From Mobula hypostoma (taxonomy: Eukaryota), in the NCBI RefSeq assembly GCF_963921235.1, contig NC_086108.1:91018001-91082000 (forward strand): DNA of 64,000 nucleotides, given 5' to 3'. A program made the translations under genes and the position numbers. How positions within the stretch are numbered: position 1 is the first letter of the stretch; the number at the start of each line of letters is the position of its first letter. A model generated the notes under the pieces. That model was not told the origin of the DNA, ran no database searches, and saw only the letters and a list, made by a program, of their open reading frames with translations. Of this stretch, positions 38,571 to 51,112 are shown one piece after another.

Positions 38571-40072
38571 CTTCAATCCTGAGAAACGCCTAAGCAGAAT
38601 ATTGACAGCTATCATCACCTTTAACAAAAACAGATTTTGCACATTAGTCAGTAGCTGTATGTATCAAAGTAAGCAATACAACAATATTACCAGTGAGTTA
38701 TTAATTAGAGGAAGACAATCAGTTACAGCGTTTCATTAGAAGTGGCATTGCACCCCATATGTCAGCATTTCCCCACGTAGTGATAGCTTTTTTTTTCCTC
38801 TTCTCATTTTATCACTTTCTTGAAAAGCGCTGGATAGGAAATTTGCTTTGATCTTTGACGGCTGCTAAAGGGCTGTTGCAGAGTGCATCATCCATTGTCT
38901 CAGGTCCAAAACCTGCCACAGTAGATTTCAGGACTGGGGCTCTAGTCCGTACTGTTTGTGCACTTTGCAAGTTGGAAAGGGGCTGAATGAAAATGCAGTG
39001 AAGCTAGGCTCAGATCTCGCGTAAGTTGGGTATGAGTGAAGGAGAGGAAAAGCAGTCAAAAGCCCATCCATGCTCGGCCTGCAGAGCAGGGCCTTGTTCT
39101 TGATTTCTGCTGTGACAGACCAGGGTTTGGCCTTCAGCAGGTGAGCCTAGAGACTGGACCATGGGTCCCTTCACTTGAGCCTGGCGTGAAGGGTGAGAGA
39201 CCACAGCAGATATGTTTGTCAGGAAGCTGTGGAAGTGGAGCAGGTAAGGGGCAGGGTTGGTTTAGTATGTGGAAGAGGTGTTGCCAAGCTGTTCAGCTTC
39301 AACATGGAAGGAGTTAACAGCCCCGATTAGGGCCTCTTCCAGGAATCTGCCAACCTCCCTTTCTTAAATAGTGACACTACAGGGACATTACAATTGAAAT
39401 ACAGCTGCTTGAGAGTTCCCACTAAAGTGAACTAATATTCCAGACAATGCCCCACCGGAACACTGCATGAGGTGTGACTGTTCTCTTTAATGCCATACTC
39501 TGATGTATTTTCTAAAATCACTGGGATCGATGTATCTGATTTCAGGCTTGAAAGCAAGAGGGCAAGTGTTTGTGTGTTCTGAGGGGGGTTGGCAGGAGAG
39601 CCCGTCTCCCCCCTGCCTTGTCTTTTCCCTGGAAGGAACAGTATGGTGAAAACTTCCAGTAAGTGATTTTCTGAATGTGAGCTTGGGAATAGAACAAGAA
39701 GTTACTGCAGCACATGTTGAAGCTGAGCCATGACGTGAATTCCGCCTAGTTGCTTCCGCATCTCCGACAGTCTCTATTGACCAACATCTCAGGACATTAG
39801 TAACCTCTTCAACAGAAATAAATTTCACATTAATAATTCATCCTTCTGTAAGCATTCTCATTGTTTCTCCTGCAACATTTCCAGTTATGGTGACATGCTG
39901 TAATATCTGTGTATTGACCTATTGTCTATAGTGGGTGTGGTGATGTATATGCAGCCCACAGAGGGACTGATGGAAACACATACACTACATACACTGATGT
40001 GAGCAAAGGAATTATTCGATAAAAGCAATTCTATTCCAGTGGAAAAGAATATACCAACTAATTTTCAACCAC

Positions 40073-42028
40073 AGATCAAGAAGAAATGGCAATCAACAAA
40101 GTAGTGTGAGGTGGCTTTCCAAAAGGTAAAGAAAGTGGTGACTTCAGACACTGTATTCACGTATTATGATTCTCATCATTCAGTGAAGCTTGCCTGTGAT
40201 GTCTCGCTTTATGGTATAGGTGCAGCATTGTCACATGTTATGAGTGATGGAGGTGAATGCCCCACAGCCTTTGGTTCATGTTCCCTTACTGCTGCAGAGA
40301 AAATTTATGCACAGACTGACAGAGAGGCCTTGAGTCTGGTTTGAGGTGTAAAATGTTTCAACCAATACTTGTATGGGAGAGAGTTTCCCCTCATTACTGA
40401 TCATCAACCACTAGTGCCCCTTTTCAATCCGCAGAAGTGTGTTCCACTAACAGCAGCAGCATAAAGGCAGAGATGGGCTCTGTATCTTGAAGTACACAAT
40501 TACAAGATTGAATTTCAAGAGTATAACTAATCATGGAAGTGCTGATGGTTTGTACAGTTTACACTTGGAATAGGAAATACCTGAGAAATTTACAAAAAAA
40601 AAGGGACACTCCTTTTGATGCATTCTCTGTAATGCAAGTCGAAATTCTCCCTCTTACATCAAAGGTGATCCAAACAGAAACCAGAAAAGACCCCATACTG
40701 TCTCAGGTCTACATGGCCAACTAAAATGGCTGGAATGTGGAGAAGAATCTCTAGTTCCCCTACTTTTACCAGTGCCAAATTGCATATGTGGGGATTGAGA
40801 TTTATAGTATCATCCAACCAGAGAGTGAAAGTGTTGGAGGAGCTACGTGCTGATCATCTCGGCATGACCAAGATGAAAATGTTGGCTCAAAGTTTTGTCT
40901 GGTGGCCTGGGATAGATCAGCAACACGTTCAGAGGATGCCAGGGGCAGCACCTCTCCATCCCTGGGAATGGCCTGTATTGCCCTGGCAGAGGATTATGTG
41001 GATTGTTCTGGGCTACTCCTGGGAACAAATTTCTTGGTGGAATAGTGGATACAGCTACAAAGTGACCAGAAGTGTTTCAATATCCTTCATACAGCCTCAC
41101 ACACTGTTGATGTGTTGAGAAGCCTCTTCGCAAGGATAATGTTGCAGAACGCTTAGTCAGTGACAGTGGACCACAGTTGGTTGCAGAACAATTTAGTCAT
41201 TCCTGAAAATGAATGGAGTAAGGCATATTACATCTGCACTGTACCACCCAGCTACAAATGGCTTGGTAGAAAGGTTTGCCCAGATCTAAAGAATGCACTA
41301 CAAACAATGACAGCGGAACACACTCACTAACACTGAATCAGAAGCTCACCAATTTCCTCCTTCAATATCATAATGTAGCACACTCCACCATCAACAACTC
41401 ACCAGCTATGCTGTTCCTGGGTTGTCCCTTGCGTTCACGCTTGGATCTCCTCAAAAACAATCTCAGAAGGACAAACAGCTGAGACAAATTTGGGGCTCCT
41501 CAAACAAGGAGGTTTGTTGTTTCACTTCTAGACAAGCAGTCCTCGCGAAGGACTACAGAGGTGATCAAAAGTGGATACTCAGTAAGATTAAGGACAGAAC
41601 TGGACCACTCTCCTACACAGTGCAGATTGCATCTGATGTCATCTGGAGATGACACATCAATCACTTGAGGAGAGCAGAGTCAACTGTTAGAGAAGAACGA
41701 TGTTCAGAGCTGTCAGAACCATCTTCTACAGTCCCAAAGTCAACTCCTACAACCACCACAGAAGAGGCCGCAGAACCTGAGATTGTTTCATCACCACAAG
41801 TCTCACCTGTCAAGCAATGACCCACTCCCCACCTTGTCAGGAAAAATGTTATCCCACAGGTGTAATAAATCCATCGCAGTGATTAAATCTTTAGGCCTGA
41901 ATGGGACCATTTAAAATTTACTATGCTGTGGATGCCTGTACAGTAGTTGTATTATGTAGTATACTGTGTATACTGTATAGCTGAGATGCTTTCTATATTG
42001 AGTTGGAGATAATAGCTAAGCAGGGAAG
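40073..42028 (+). mobile_element. Ty3/Gypsy LTR retrotransposon pol remnant (RNase H and integrase), 5'-truncated
   Basis: [55 protein letters not shown] and YHPATNGLVERF, followed by a polypurine tract AAGCAGGGAAG. Confidence 0.92.
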
Positions 42029-42589
42029 TGCTGTGTATTTAATATTTAAGTAATATTTGAGTGTATTGGCGCGTGGCCAAGTGGTTAATGTGTCAGTCTA
42101 GTGATCTGAAGGTTGCTAGTTTGAGCCTCAGCTGAGGCAGCATGTTGTGTCCTTGAGTAAGGCACTTAACCACACATTGCTCTGCGACGACACCAGTGTC
42201 AAGCTGTATCGGCCCTAGTGCCCTTCCCTTGGACAACATTGGTGGTGTGGAGAGGGGAGACTTGTAGCATGGGCAACTGCCAGTCTTCCATACAACCTCG
42301 GCCAGGCCTGTGCCTTGGAAACCTTCCAAGGCGCAAATCCTTGGTCTCATGAGACTAACAGATGCCTATAAAATATTTGAGTAATATTGTAGATGTACTG
42401 TTTTTTTGTTGATATAAGTCATTATGAGTTGTATATACAAGGTGCATGAATGGCATATGTCATTACATCACCTCTTCGTAGACACACATCTCACTAAAAG
42501 TAAAGACAAAACTAAGAGTAGAGATGAGTTATCCCTGGCTCAGGGGTGATTTTTTTCCTGATTAGTTCCTGGAGTTACAAAATATAACA
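42029..42589 (+). repeat. 3' LTR of the Gypsy element, interrupted by a SINE
   Basis: Starts TG directly after the PPT (TGCTGTGTATTT) and ends AAAATATAACA. Homologous to the solo LTR at 51776-52993. Confidence 0.8.
42063..42371 (+). mobile_element. tRNA-derived SINE with CORE-like segment and RTE-derived 3' tail
   Basis: A box TGGCCAAGTGG, B-box-like GTTTGAGCC and CORE-like gtgtccttgagtaaggcacttaacc. 11-bp TSD AATATTTGAGT at 42052-62 and 42372-82. Confidence 0.88.
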
Positions 42590-42911
42590 ATTCGGAGGAG
42601 AGAAGACAATCTCCTTTCACTACCATTTAGGTATTTAGCACTACAGACAGGGGATGAATTTACAGGCATGTTGTTTGCAAATATTGAATATACCAAGATC
42701 CAAAAATAGACTAGAATATAAATTTCCACTGTTGATATGCTTTAAAAGTCTCTATTTGAGAAATATAAGGTGATTAAATATGTTTATATGAGGTGGTAAG
42801 ATTGATTTCCCTCAACATGAGAAATTCTGCAGATGTTGGAAATCCAAAGCAAGACATGCAAAACATTGGAGGAACTCAGCAGGTTGGTTAGCATTTATGG
42901 AAAGGAATGAA

Positions 42912-42948
42912 CAGTCGACGTTCTGGGCCGAGACCCTTCTTATGACTG
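42912..42948 (-). ncRNA. Degenerate minimal hammerhead motif, sense to the Penelope ORF
   Basis: Minus strand reads CAGTC ATAAGA AGGGTCTCGGCCC AGAA CGTC GACTG. The stems are perfect but the catalytic core is mutated. Confidence 0.5.
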
Positions 42949-43489
42949 AGAAGGAAGGGGAAGATGCCAGAACAAAAAAGTGGGGGGAGGGGAAGGAAGC
43001 TAGCTGGAAGGTGATGGGTGAAGGCAAGATTGTGGGAAAGGTCAAGGGCTGGAGAAGAAAGAATCTGATAGGAGAGGAGAGTGGACCATAGGAGAAAAGG
43101 AAGGAGGAGAGGACCCAGGGGAAGTAATAGGCAGGTGAGAATAAGCAAAGTGTCAGAATGGGGAATGGAGGAAGGGGGACAATTGGTTTACCGGAAGGAG
43201 AAATCGATATTCATGCCATCGGGTTGGAGAGTACCCAGGCAGAATATAAAGTGTTGCTCCTCCAACCTGAGACCGGCATCATCTTGGCGTAAGAGGAGAC
43301 TGACATGTTGGAACGGGAATGGGAACTGGAATTAAAATGTTTGGCCAGTCTGAAGTTCCGCTTGTGGTGGATAGTGTGGAGGGGCTCGACAAAGCGGTCT
43401 GCCAATTTATGACAGGTCTCAATTGTCATCAGGTTAGCCCCTTTCCTCTCCCCCGACATTTTTAATCTGGGATCTTCCCCCTTCCTTCT

Positions 43490-43527
43490 CAGTCCTGACG
43501 AAGGGTCTTGGCCTGAAATGTTGACTG
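43490..43527 (+). ncRNA. Minimal type I hammerhead ribozyme motif (best-preserved copy)
   Basis: CAGTC CTGACGA AGGGTCTTGGCCT GAAA TGTT GACTG: 5-bp stem I, CUGANGA, stem II, GAAA and a UH site. Confidence 0.7.
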
Positions 43528-44404
43528 TCTATTCTTTTCCATAGATGCTGCCTGACCTGCTGAGTTCCTCCAGCATTTTGTGTGTGTTCCTTGGATTTCC
43601 AGCATCTGCAGATTTTCATGTCTCTGCTGGGCTTTCACTTGCTTCAAGTAGGTTTGGCAGAATACACGTCCACTTTATGGAGAAGCTTTTACACAATGAG
43701 GCTGTTCTCATATTGGATACCAATAGATCAGAGAAGACAAAAACACTTCTGCATTACAATGGTTAATAAGATAACATTATAACACAACTGAAAAATAGCT
43801 AGTCTAAAAATTAAAAGAACAATTGTTCTGTATAATCAGATTATATTAATTAATTCTGAGAAGTGTATTAATGATGTTGATGCATTTTGAAGGTTTTTTT
43901 TAATAATATTTGTTCTCCAAGCTCTATGTAGCACCCTGCACCTTTCTTTTGAGTTAAATTATCATCACATTTTTCAAGATGCTATGAAATATGAAATTTC
44001 ATCCAGTAATTACCTGTAAGAATCAGAATTCTAAAGTCTATATTATACTATTGTACTCAAATAGCAACTTACATTTTGACATGCATTTTTTATTCAGTGA
44101 AGTGGGAGTATTTCTTTGAGTATTATGAATGCAACTTTCAATTTATTTTCATCCTTTATACGAATTTCAAGACCTTTCAAAATGTCATGCAAAATGCATA
44201 AAGGATTTGCTACATTTGTAAACCAAAGATTTGTTTTTGAGACATACGCACTTTCATTTCATCCTTTCCTGAATTAATCCATAGATTTTCTGTGAATGTC
44301 TGTAAGTATATCATTTTAACTTTAATGGAGCAACATTGCATTGAAAATCAAAACATGACTGTTCTACCATGAGGTCCATGTTAATCTGTGGTCTTACTTT
44401 CTAG

Positions 44405-44547
44405 GGACTGCAGTGAGGCCAATAGCTTTAAAAGCAATATCTAACATCGGTCGGGCAATACCAGGGTTTCCAATCCTAGCTGCAGGAGGGATCGATTCAG
44501 CTGAGGCAGGACTACAGTTTCTACATTGTGGTGCTTCTCTGCTGCAG
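44405..44547 (+). CDS. DPYD: Dihydropyrimidine dehydrogenase internal exon (equivalent to human exon 19); not in the ORF track
   Basis: Acceptor tctttactttctAG-type site with AG at 44403-04 and donor GTAAAT at 44548. The 143 nt give (G)[47 protein letters not shown]. Phase fits the previous exon (G+GG=Gly) across a 26,985-nt intron. Confidence 0.96.
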
Positions 44548-45124
44548 GTAAATTTTATTTAACCAGTAGAGTTGTGCAGATCTCTGTGATTACTGTTATA
44601 CATTCAAACAATCTGTAAGGACCATTGTCAGCTTTTTAAATCTTAATACTAATGCTGGAGGTGTCTCTGTAACCACAGCGAATAGTACAATACTATTAAA
44701 TTATGTCTTTGGGGAGACTGGAAGCAGAACAGGATTAGAAAAGATTGCATGTGGCTATTTATTGTTCATAACTACTTAACCCTTTACGTGCAACAGTATT
44801 ATACTTCTGTTGCAGATTTTCTGCTTTGAATCTCCTTATACTAAATAAATTTGTGTCTTTGGGCTCATTGTGCCTGAGATACAAATATAAAAGCAAGTAT
44901 AAGGTTTACATATATGGAGGATGGTGATTGATTTGATGGGAACAACGGTCTTCAAAGGAAATGAATAAGCAGCTGTGTGATATCAGAGGCACCATGACAG
45001 ATGGAGAGTTAAGTTTGCCATTAAGTACTTATGCAGAGTGATCATATGTAATTAGGTACAAGTGGCTAGAGTAAAAGAAGAAATAATAACTTAAGAACAC
45101 AGATTCAATTGGCAAAGGTAATAC

Positions 45125-45500
45125 TTGTGGCCCTCTGCTGTTCGGGGTTGACCATGGATGTTGTGTCCCGGCTGACTATGTGATATGCAAGCTAGGGCAG
45201 TACGATATGGGGAGCAAGCTGTTGCCCCTGCAGCAGGCTTCCCCCACTCCATACAGCCGATGAATCCAAAGGACTGGCAAAGACTGATACAGTTTACTAC
45301 CAGCGGCGTCGCACGTGTGGACAATCAGAGTTAAACTCAATGTAGGACTGTCTTAGGGACTCCAGTTCTGGATTTTTCTCGGGGATTTACTCCTAAAGCC
45401 TTCCCCATGAGTGGGTATAGCCGCAACCCAGTCTGAGCTGAGCCCCTGAACTTGGGAGACCCAGGTGAGCTGCCAACCACAGCTGACGAGCCCCATCTGC
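45125..45500 (-). mobile_element. Probable RTE-derived non-autonomous element
   Basis: GC-richer repeat-like block; family assignment by resemblance only. Confidence 0.35.
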
Positions 45501-46197
45501 CCGATGAATGGTAATGTGGGGAACCTCTGATATTACACAGCGAGTTAATGTGATCTCAGATGTACCACCTGAAAGGGAAATGGAAGCAGGGATGTAGTTA
45601 AAATGCAAAACTGAGTTGTATTTGTTGGAAAAGATTTAACAAAGCTGTGTGAAAAGGGCAGTAGATTTAGATCGATTGAATGGCTGCATCAAAGAGCCCT
45701 TATAGGTAGGATTGTCCCCATCTGTGTTGCATTGTTCTAACTGTTTCGGTAGAGGCAGACTTCTCAACATGACACTAGATAGATGACACAATGGGACCTA
45801 AATGGCCTTCCAGGTCCGTAATTATGCGACATAATAGTAATTTTATAAACATTTATGAATGCACAATTATTTTTCCGTGTTTCAGATTGAATAGATAGTT
45901 TCAACTTTTCATGCCAGAGCTTTGAAACACGCTTATCTGTGGTCACTAGCTCAGTGGATAACTTTATGTTTATTGTGTTCGTTATATATTGTGCTGCTGC
46001 TCTAAAAAGCTAATTTTCATGACAATAATACCTGGTGTATACATGTGTGCCTATAACACACGAGTGGCAATAGTGTAATTGGTTTTAAGAAATATAATTG
46101 AATACTACTTAACACATTTTCTATGACTGTAACAATAAAAAGACATTGCACAGATTGTTCTTGTAAATATTTTTATCATGAATAAAGTTTGAAGCAT

Positions 46198-46535
46198 TGC
46201 CTGTTATGCTGCTGGCACTTGGGGCACCAGTGAAAGTCCTCCATCTCTGGCGGTCTTCATCATGTCAGTAACTTCTCAGTTTTCACTACTGTCAGTCATG
46301 CAAGTCCCTGGTAGAGATTCAGAAATACCATCACACTCGGATGTAGAAGGATTCTTCTTTGTTTTTTCCATAACAATTTTGTTTTACCATTCGAGGTTGA
46401 CTGGTGGACCACTCTTGGTCTGACCCTACCAAGAGCCAAAGCACAAATCCCTGACTCCAGCCAACGTAGCTCTCCGGGTCATTGAGGCACACGAGTTCCC
46501 AAACCATGACAAATGTTGTGGTTCTCTTGGAGGAT
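46198..46535 (-). mobile_element. Probable RTE-derived non-autonomous element
   Basis: Repeat-like block with an RTE-tail-like left end; family assignment by resemblance only. Confidence 0.3.
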
Positions 46536-48804
46536 GATTGAAGTTCACTTTGGTTACATTTTTAAGCTCTTGAACTTAAACCATTTGTGGGACAACTTGT
46601 CACCGCATGACACCATTTTACGTTTCAAAAGTCAGACAAAGTAGAGAGTTAGGTGCTGGTGTGACTCTGCTACTGGACTCCACACTGATTCCAGTGCTGA
46701 AACACGAAAACCTTGAGCTGAGGGGCTGGACGGGCAATTCACACTTGGTCTCAAGTCTTTATGCCAACGTTACCTGGCATAGACAATGAGACTTCATACG
46801 AATGGGGTCATCAACATTGATCGAAAAGGGAAGTGATTACTCCTTTTTTATTTTACTTTATTCATTTATTATACTTTATTCATTTATCACTTTCTATTTT
46901 GTTTGGCATTTCTTTTTGTGTATTATCTAAATAAATTTTGACTGTCTGATCATCAAAGACATTTGGGAGGTTCTTACAGTATTGAGTGGAAGCAATGTTT
47001 CAGGACCCACCATCTAAAACCTAATCATTGCCAGGTGAGAGAGCTGCAGCAGTGAGGGTTTCAACTCAATTAGACCCACACAGCTGTGTAAAGAAAGTAT
47101 AACTGCAGGAATTATGCAGGTGGTGAGCATGAGGAACTCAACAGAACACAATTCCATCCAACGCTATCTAAAAAGTCCAAAGCTTTTGTAAGACCTACAA
47201 AAGTGAGTATTCTAAAGACATGACAAAAAAAATTACCCAGGTGAAGACATAATTGACATTATTACAATTACCATCAGAAAAAATGTGGTGTTGTAAAGGT
47301 GTGCCATTAATTGAAACCATGGGGTGATCTATAACCAACATCGCTCCACTCCATTGGCAGGAATGTAGGGCTTTGAATGCTACACATGAACATATGTCAA
47401 TGGAATAAATAAACTTAATGTTCACATTTATTTTTAAATAACTGGACTAATTTCTGATTGGTTTGAATAATATTCTTTTGTGTATGTTTAGATTTTATTT
47501 CACTTTGTTTTGCTGGTATTCCTGAGTCCTTGATTATGCCCTAGATGTAGAGTTTAGAGTGCAGTCTAGACTGGAAGTACAGACAGTAAATACTAAGTCT
47601 TTTTGCTTCCCTCACAAGGTGTCCTGTTCAAATGCATGCTTATGATTTATAATGTGACCTGTTATAAATTCTTGGGGGTTGGTACAGTGGTTTGGATGCT
47701 TTGAGGGGGAGTGAGCAGCTGAGAGGCACAGCTATAATATGCTTTCTTAAGGTGATAAGTTGGGAGTGCTGTGTGTTTCAAGCAGTACCAGAAAACAAAA
47801 TCTTTCTCAGAAAAGCAAATTCCAGAGGCAATGTTCCACAGTTTTATTTTGTTTCTGCGTCCTGTTTACACAAACCTAGTCTCTTTGATTGGATCAGTAG
47901 TTGACTTGGAAAAGCAAAGACCTGAAGTCAAAAATTATACAGCAAAGCACAACATTTTTTATGCTGGATATACACAGTGGTGACAAAGGATATGCAGAGA
48001 TGAAACCCACAAATGCTGTAGGCTGCAACTGCTGAAGCAGCCTTTGACTGGAGGATTAGCACTTGCAGCTGGGTTACTGAAAGGGAGCTCAACCTTATCA
48101 TTGCTGGAGGGTCCAGCATATCCATTTTCTTTCAGATGGAAACCACTTGCATGTTTATCCTAGTGATTGTTCCCATTTCTAGACAATGACTGTGATGTAT
48201 AGACACTGCATTAATTTTCAGGAGCTGGCTTTTAAAGAAAAGAGGCATGGCTTTTAAAAATGGTGTGCTGTTGATTTTTATATGCATGTTAGGTACTTGC
48301 TTTGAGTTTCCCATGGTTGAACCATGGATTAAAAATAACACTTGTTGGTTAACAAATATTTTAATCAAATTTGACTTTAACTCATAGCAGTGAAGCTCTC
48401 GCTGTACATTGACTATAAAATACAAACTAACATCTCATCTTTCTTATTCTCCTCCACTTACTTCTCTCATCATCTCTCTTTAATGCTTCTCTGTGTTTAT
48501 CCCATCCTTCCACTCTATAGATTTTCAAAATGCCCTTTTATTTTTCCCTTGGAGATTATCAGTTTGTTGCCTTAATAGTTGAGAACATGATCATTGGCTG
48601 TTTCATTTTGTCTATCATATTCAAATTAAAATTGCAACATCAAAGAAGAAGATGTCTTGCAGGCATGTTTTAGAGTAGAATACACTATTAGGGTATTTAC
48701 TGCACTGTATAATGAGCTAATAAAACAAAAAGCTGTTTGTTGATTTTGATATTTCTCCTAAGATACTAACCTACTTGTTTAATTTAAGGTCACAATTAAC
48801 ATAC

Positions 48805-49710
48805 TAGCATAATAGTTAGCATGCTGCTATTACAGCTTGAGATGCAGGGTTTGGAGTTGAATTTTAGTTTCCTCTGTAAGAAAGTTTGTACGTTCTTCCC
48901 ATGTGCTCATGGGTTTCCCCCGGGTGCGCTGTTTCTTTTTCCCCACAGTCCAAAGACATACCAGTTAGTAGGTTCATTGTTCTTTGTAAATTAGATTATG
49001 AGGACATGCAGTCCTCTTTTATTGTCATTTAGTAATGCATGCATTAAGAAATGATACAATGTTCCTCCAGTGTGATATCACAGAAACACATGACAAACCG
49101 ACTTAAAAACTAACAAAAAACACTAATGATAACATATAGTTACAACAGTGCAAAGCAATACTGTAATTTGATAAGAACAGACCATGGCACAGTAAAAGTC
49201 TCAAAGTCTCTCGAAAGTCCCATCATCTCACGCAGACGGTGAACGTCCAGCGCCGCCAACTTGTTGATGCAGCATACTGGAAGTATCCGACCACAGTCCG
49301 ACTCTGAGTCTGTCAGAAAACTCCGAGCCTCCGACCAGCACCGACCACCGCGCACCATCTCTGCCGAGCGCTTCGACCCCGGCCCCAGCAATAGGCAAAG
49401 CTGAGGATTTGGGGCCTTCCCCTCCGGAGATTCTTAATCGCACAGTAGCAGCGGCAGCGAAGCAGGCACTTCAGAAGTTACTCCAGGTGTTCCTCCGTGC
49501 TTCTCACAGCTGTCTCCATCAAATCAGGATTGTGCACGGCCCCTAGTTACACATACGATATCATTCGGAACGGCCACGCACGTTGCGTCGCGTCGCCATC
49601 TTCTCCTCCCTCCTGTCACTGTCCTTTGATTAGTTTCGGGTTAAATTGGTGGGTTGCTGGGCAATATAGCTTAGTGGGGCCGAAGGGCCTGTTCCAATCT
49701 GTTTCTCTAG
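48805..49710 (+). mobile_element. HE1-like V-SINE split by a retroelement insertion (pieces 48805-48990 and 49614-49710)
   Basis: V domain in the left piece and a CR1-like tail ggggccgaagggcctgttcc in the right piece. Confidence 0.7.
48991..49613 (-). mobile_element. ~620-bp non-autonomous retroelement, copy 2
   Basis: Homolog of 13191-13818. 5' start GGAGGGAGGAGAAGATGGCG; AATAAAA near the 3' end and an AATCT tail. Confidence 0.7.
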
Positions 49711-50117
49711 GTATAATATCTAACATTTTAATATTACCAAAAATTCATGTATTGTTTTCAAGATAAAATATAAAATACAAAGCAGTCAAAATTAAATAGG
49801 CAATAAATTGAAAATTATTGATGCACAATTTGTTTAAAATATTATTGTGACCACAGTTATTTACACAGGAAATATTTTAAAGCTATTTCATTGGCCATGA
49901 TATTTATGGAGATGTGACTCAGGTCGAGACATGTGATACGAATTTGAAAAAACAGTTTGGAGTGTTAGCGCTTTGTAGTATTTGATCACTCAATGGCCTT
50001 GCCTTTCTCCAAGTGCCTACTGTTGCATTTACCTTTTGCGGGTACGCAGCTCCTAACGTACTGTCAGTCCTTCTGCTGCAACCATTCATTAGGCCATTCA
50101 ATCAATCATGAGTAGCA

Positions 50118-51112
50118 ACCATAAAACTATAAGATACAGAAACAGAATTCGACCATTTGGCCCTTCGAGTCAGCTCTGCCATTTCCCCCTCAGCCCCAAT
50201 CTTCTGCCTTCTCCCTGTATCCCTTCGTGCCCTGACCAATCAAAAATCTAAAAAAAAACCTCTGAATAAATAAACATAAAGACTTTGCCTCCACAGCTAC
50301 CCGTGGCAACGATATTCACAGATTCAGCAGTCACTGGCTAAAAGAATTCCTCCTCATCTCCATTCTAAAAGGATGCCCTTCTATTCTGAGGCTGTGCTTT
50401 CTGGTCCTACACTCTCTTCCATCCACTCTATTAAGAACTTCCACATTTCAAAAGGTTTCAATTAGATGACCCCATTATTCTTCTGAATTCTAGTGAATAC
50501 AGGCCTAGAGCCATCAAATGCTCTTCATATGACAAGCCATTCAATCCTGGAATCATTTTCATGAACCTCTTTTGAACTCTGTCCAGTCCTTTGAACTCTC
50601 TCCAGTGATAGCATATCCTTTCTCAGAAAAGAGGCCCAAAACTGCTCACAATACTCCAAGTGAGGCCTCACCAGTGCCTTATAAAGCCTTAATATTACAT
50701 CCTTGTTTATTTATTCTCGTCCTCTTGAGATGAATGCTAACGTTGCATTTGCCTTCCTTACCACTGACTCAATCTGCAAATTAACCTTCAGGTTTCCTGC
50801 ACAAGAGCTCCCAAGTCCCTTTGCATCTCAGATTTTTTAATTTTCTCTCCATATAGAAAATAGTCTACCCTTTTATTTCTGCTACCAAAGTGCATGGCCA
50901 TACACTTCCTGACACTGCATTCCACCTCTTAAACTGTCTAAGGCCTTCTCTAGCCTCCCTACTTCCTCAGAACTACCTACCCTTCCACCTATCTTCATAT
51001 CGCCTGCAAACTTAACATCAAAGACATCAATTCTATCATGCAAGTCATTGACATATAATGTAAACAGACTCAGTCCCAACACAGACTTCTATAGAACACC
51101 ACTAGTCATGGG
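50118..51112 (-). mobile_element. Decayed CR1 3' portion
   Basis: LFTLYVNDL..KFAGD RT remnant, LEYCEQFW and a CR1 3' UTR. Confidence 0.85.

Larger units (their letters stand above)
42814..43621 (-). mobile_element. Penelope-like element: GIY-YIG endonuclease C-terminal remnant between inverted pLTR arms
   Basis: Minus-strand ~43190-43430 reads ET.HKLADRFVEPL..LAKHFNSSSHS...RLEEQHFIFCLGTLQPDGMNIDF. Arms ~42814-42995 and ~43440-43621 are inverted copies. Confidence 0.85.

Noticed and set aside
39487..39828. 113-aa minus-strand ORF in non-repeat DNA
   Set aside because: No recognisable domain, a non-ATG start and no convincing splice structure.
42068..42140. tRNA gene (also at 61060-61135 and other SINE heads)
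   Set aside because: A/B boxes are present but continue into SINE bodies, here with a TSD, and there is no intact cloverleaf.
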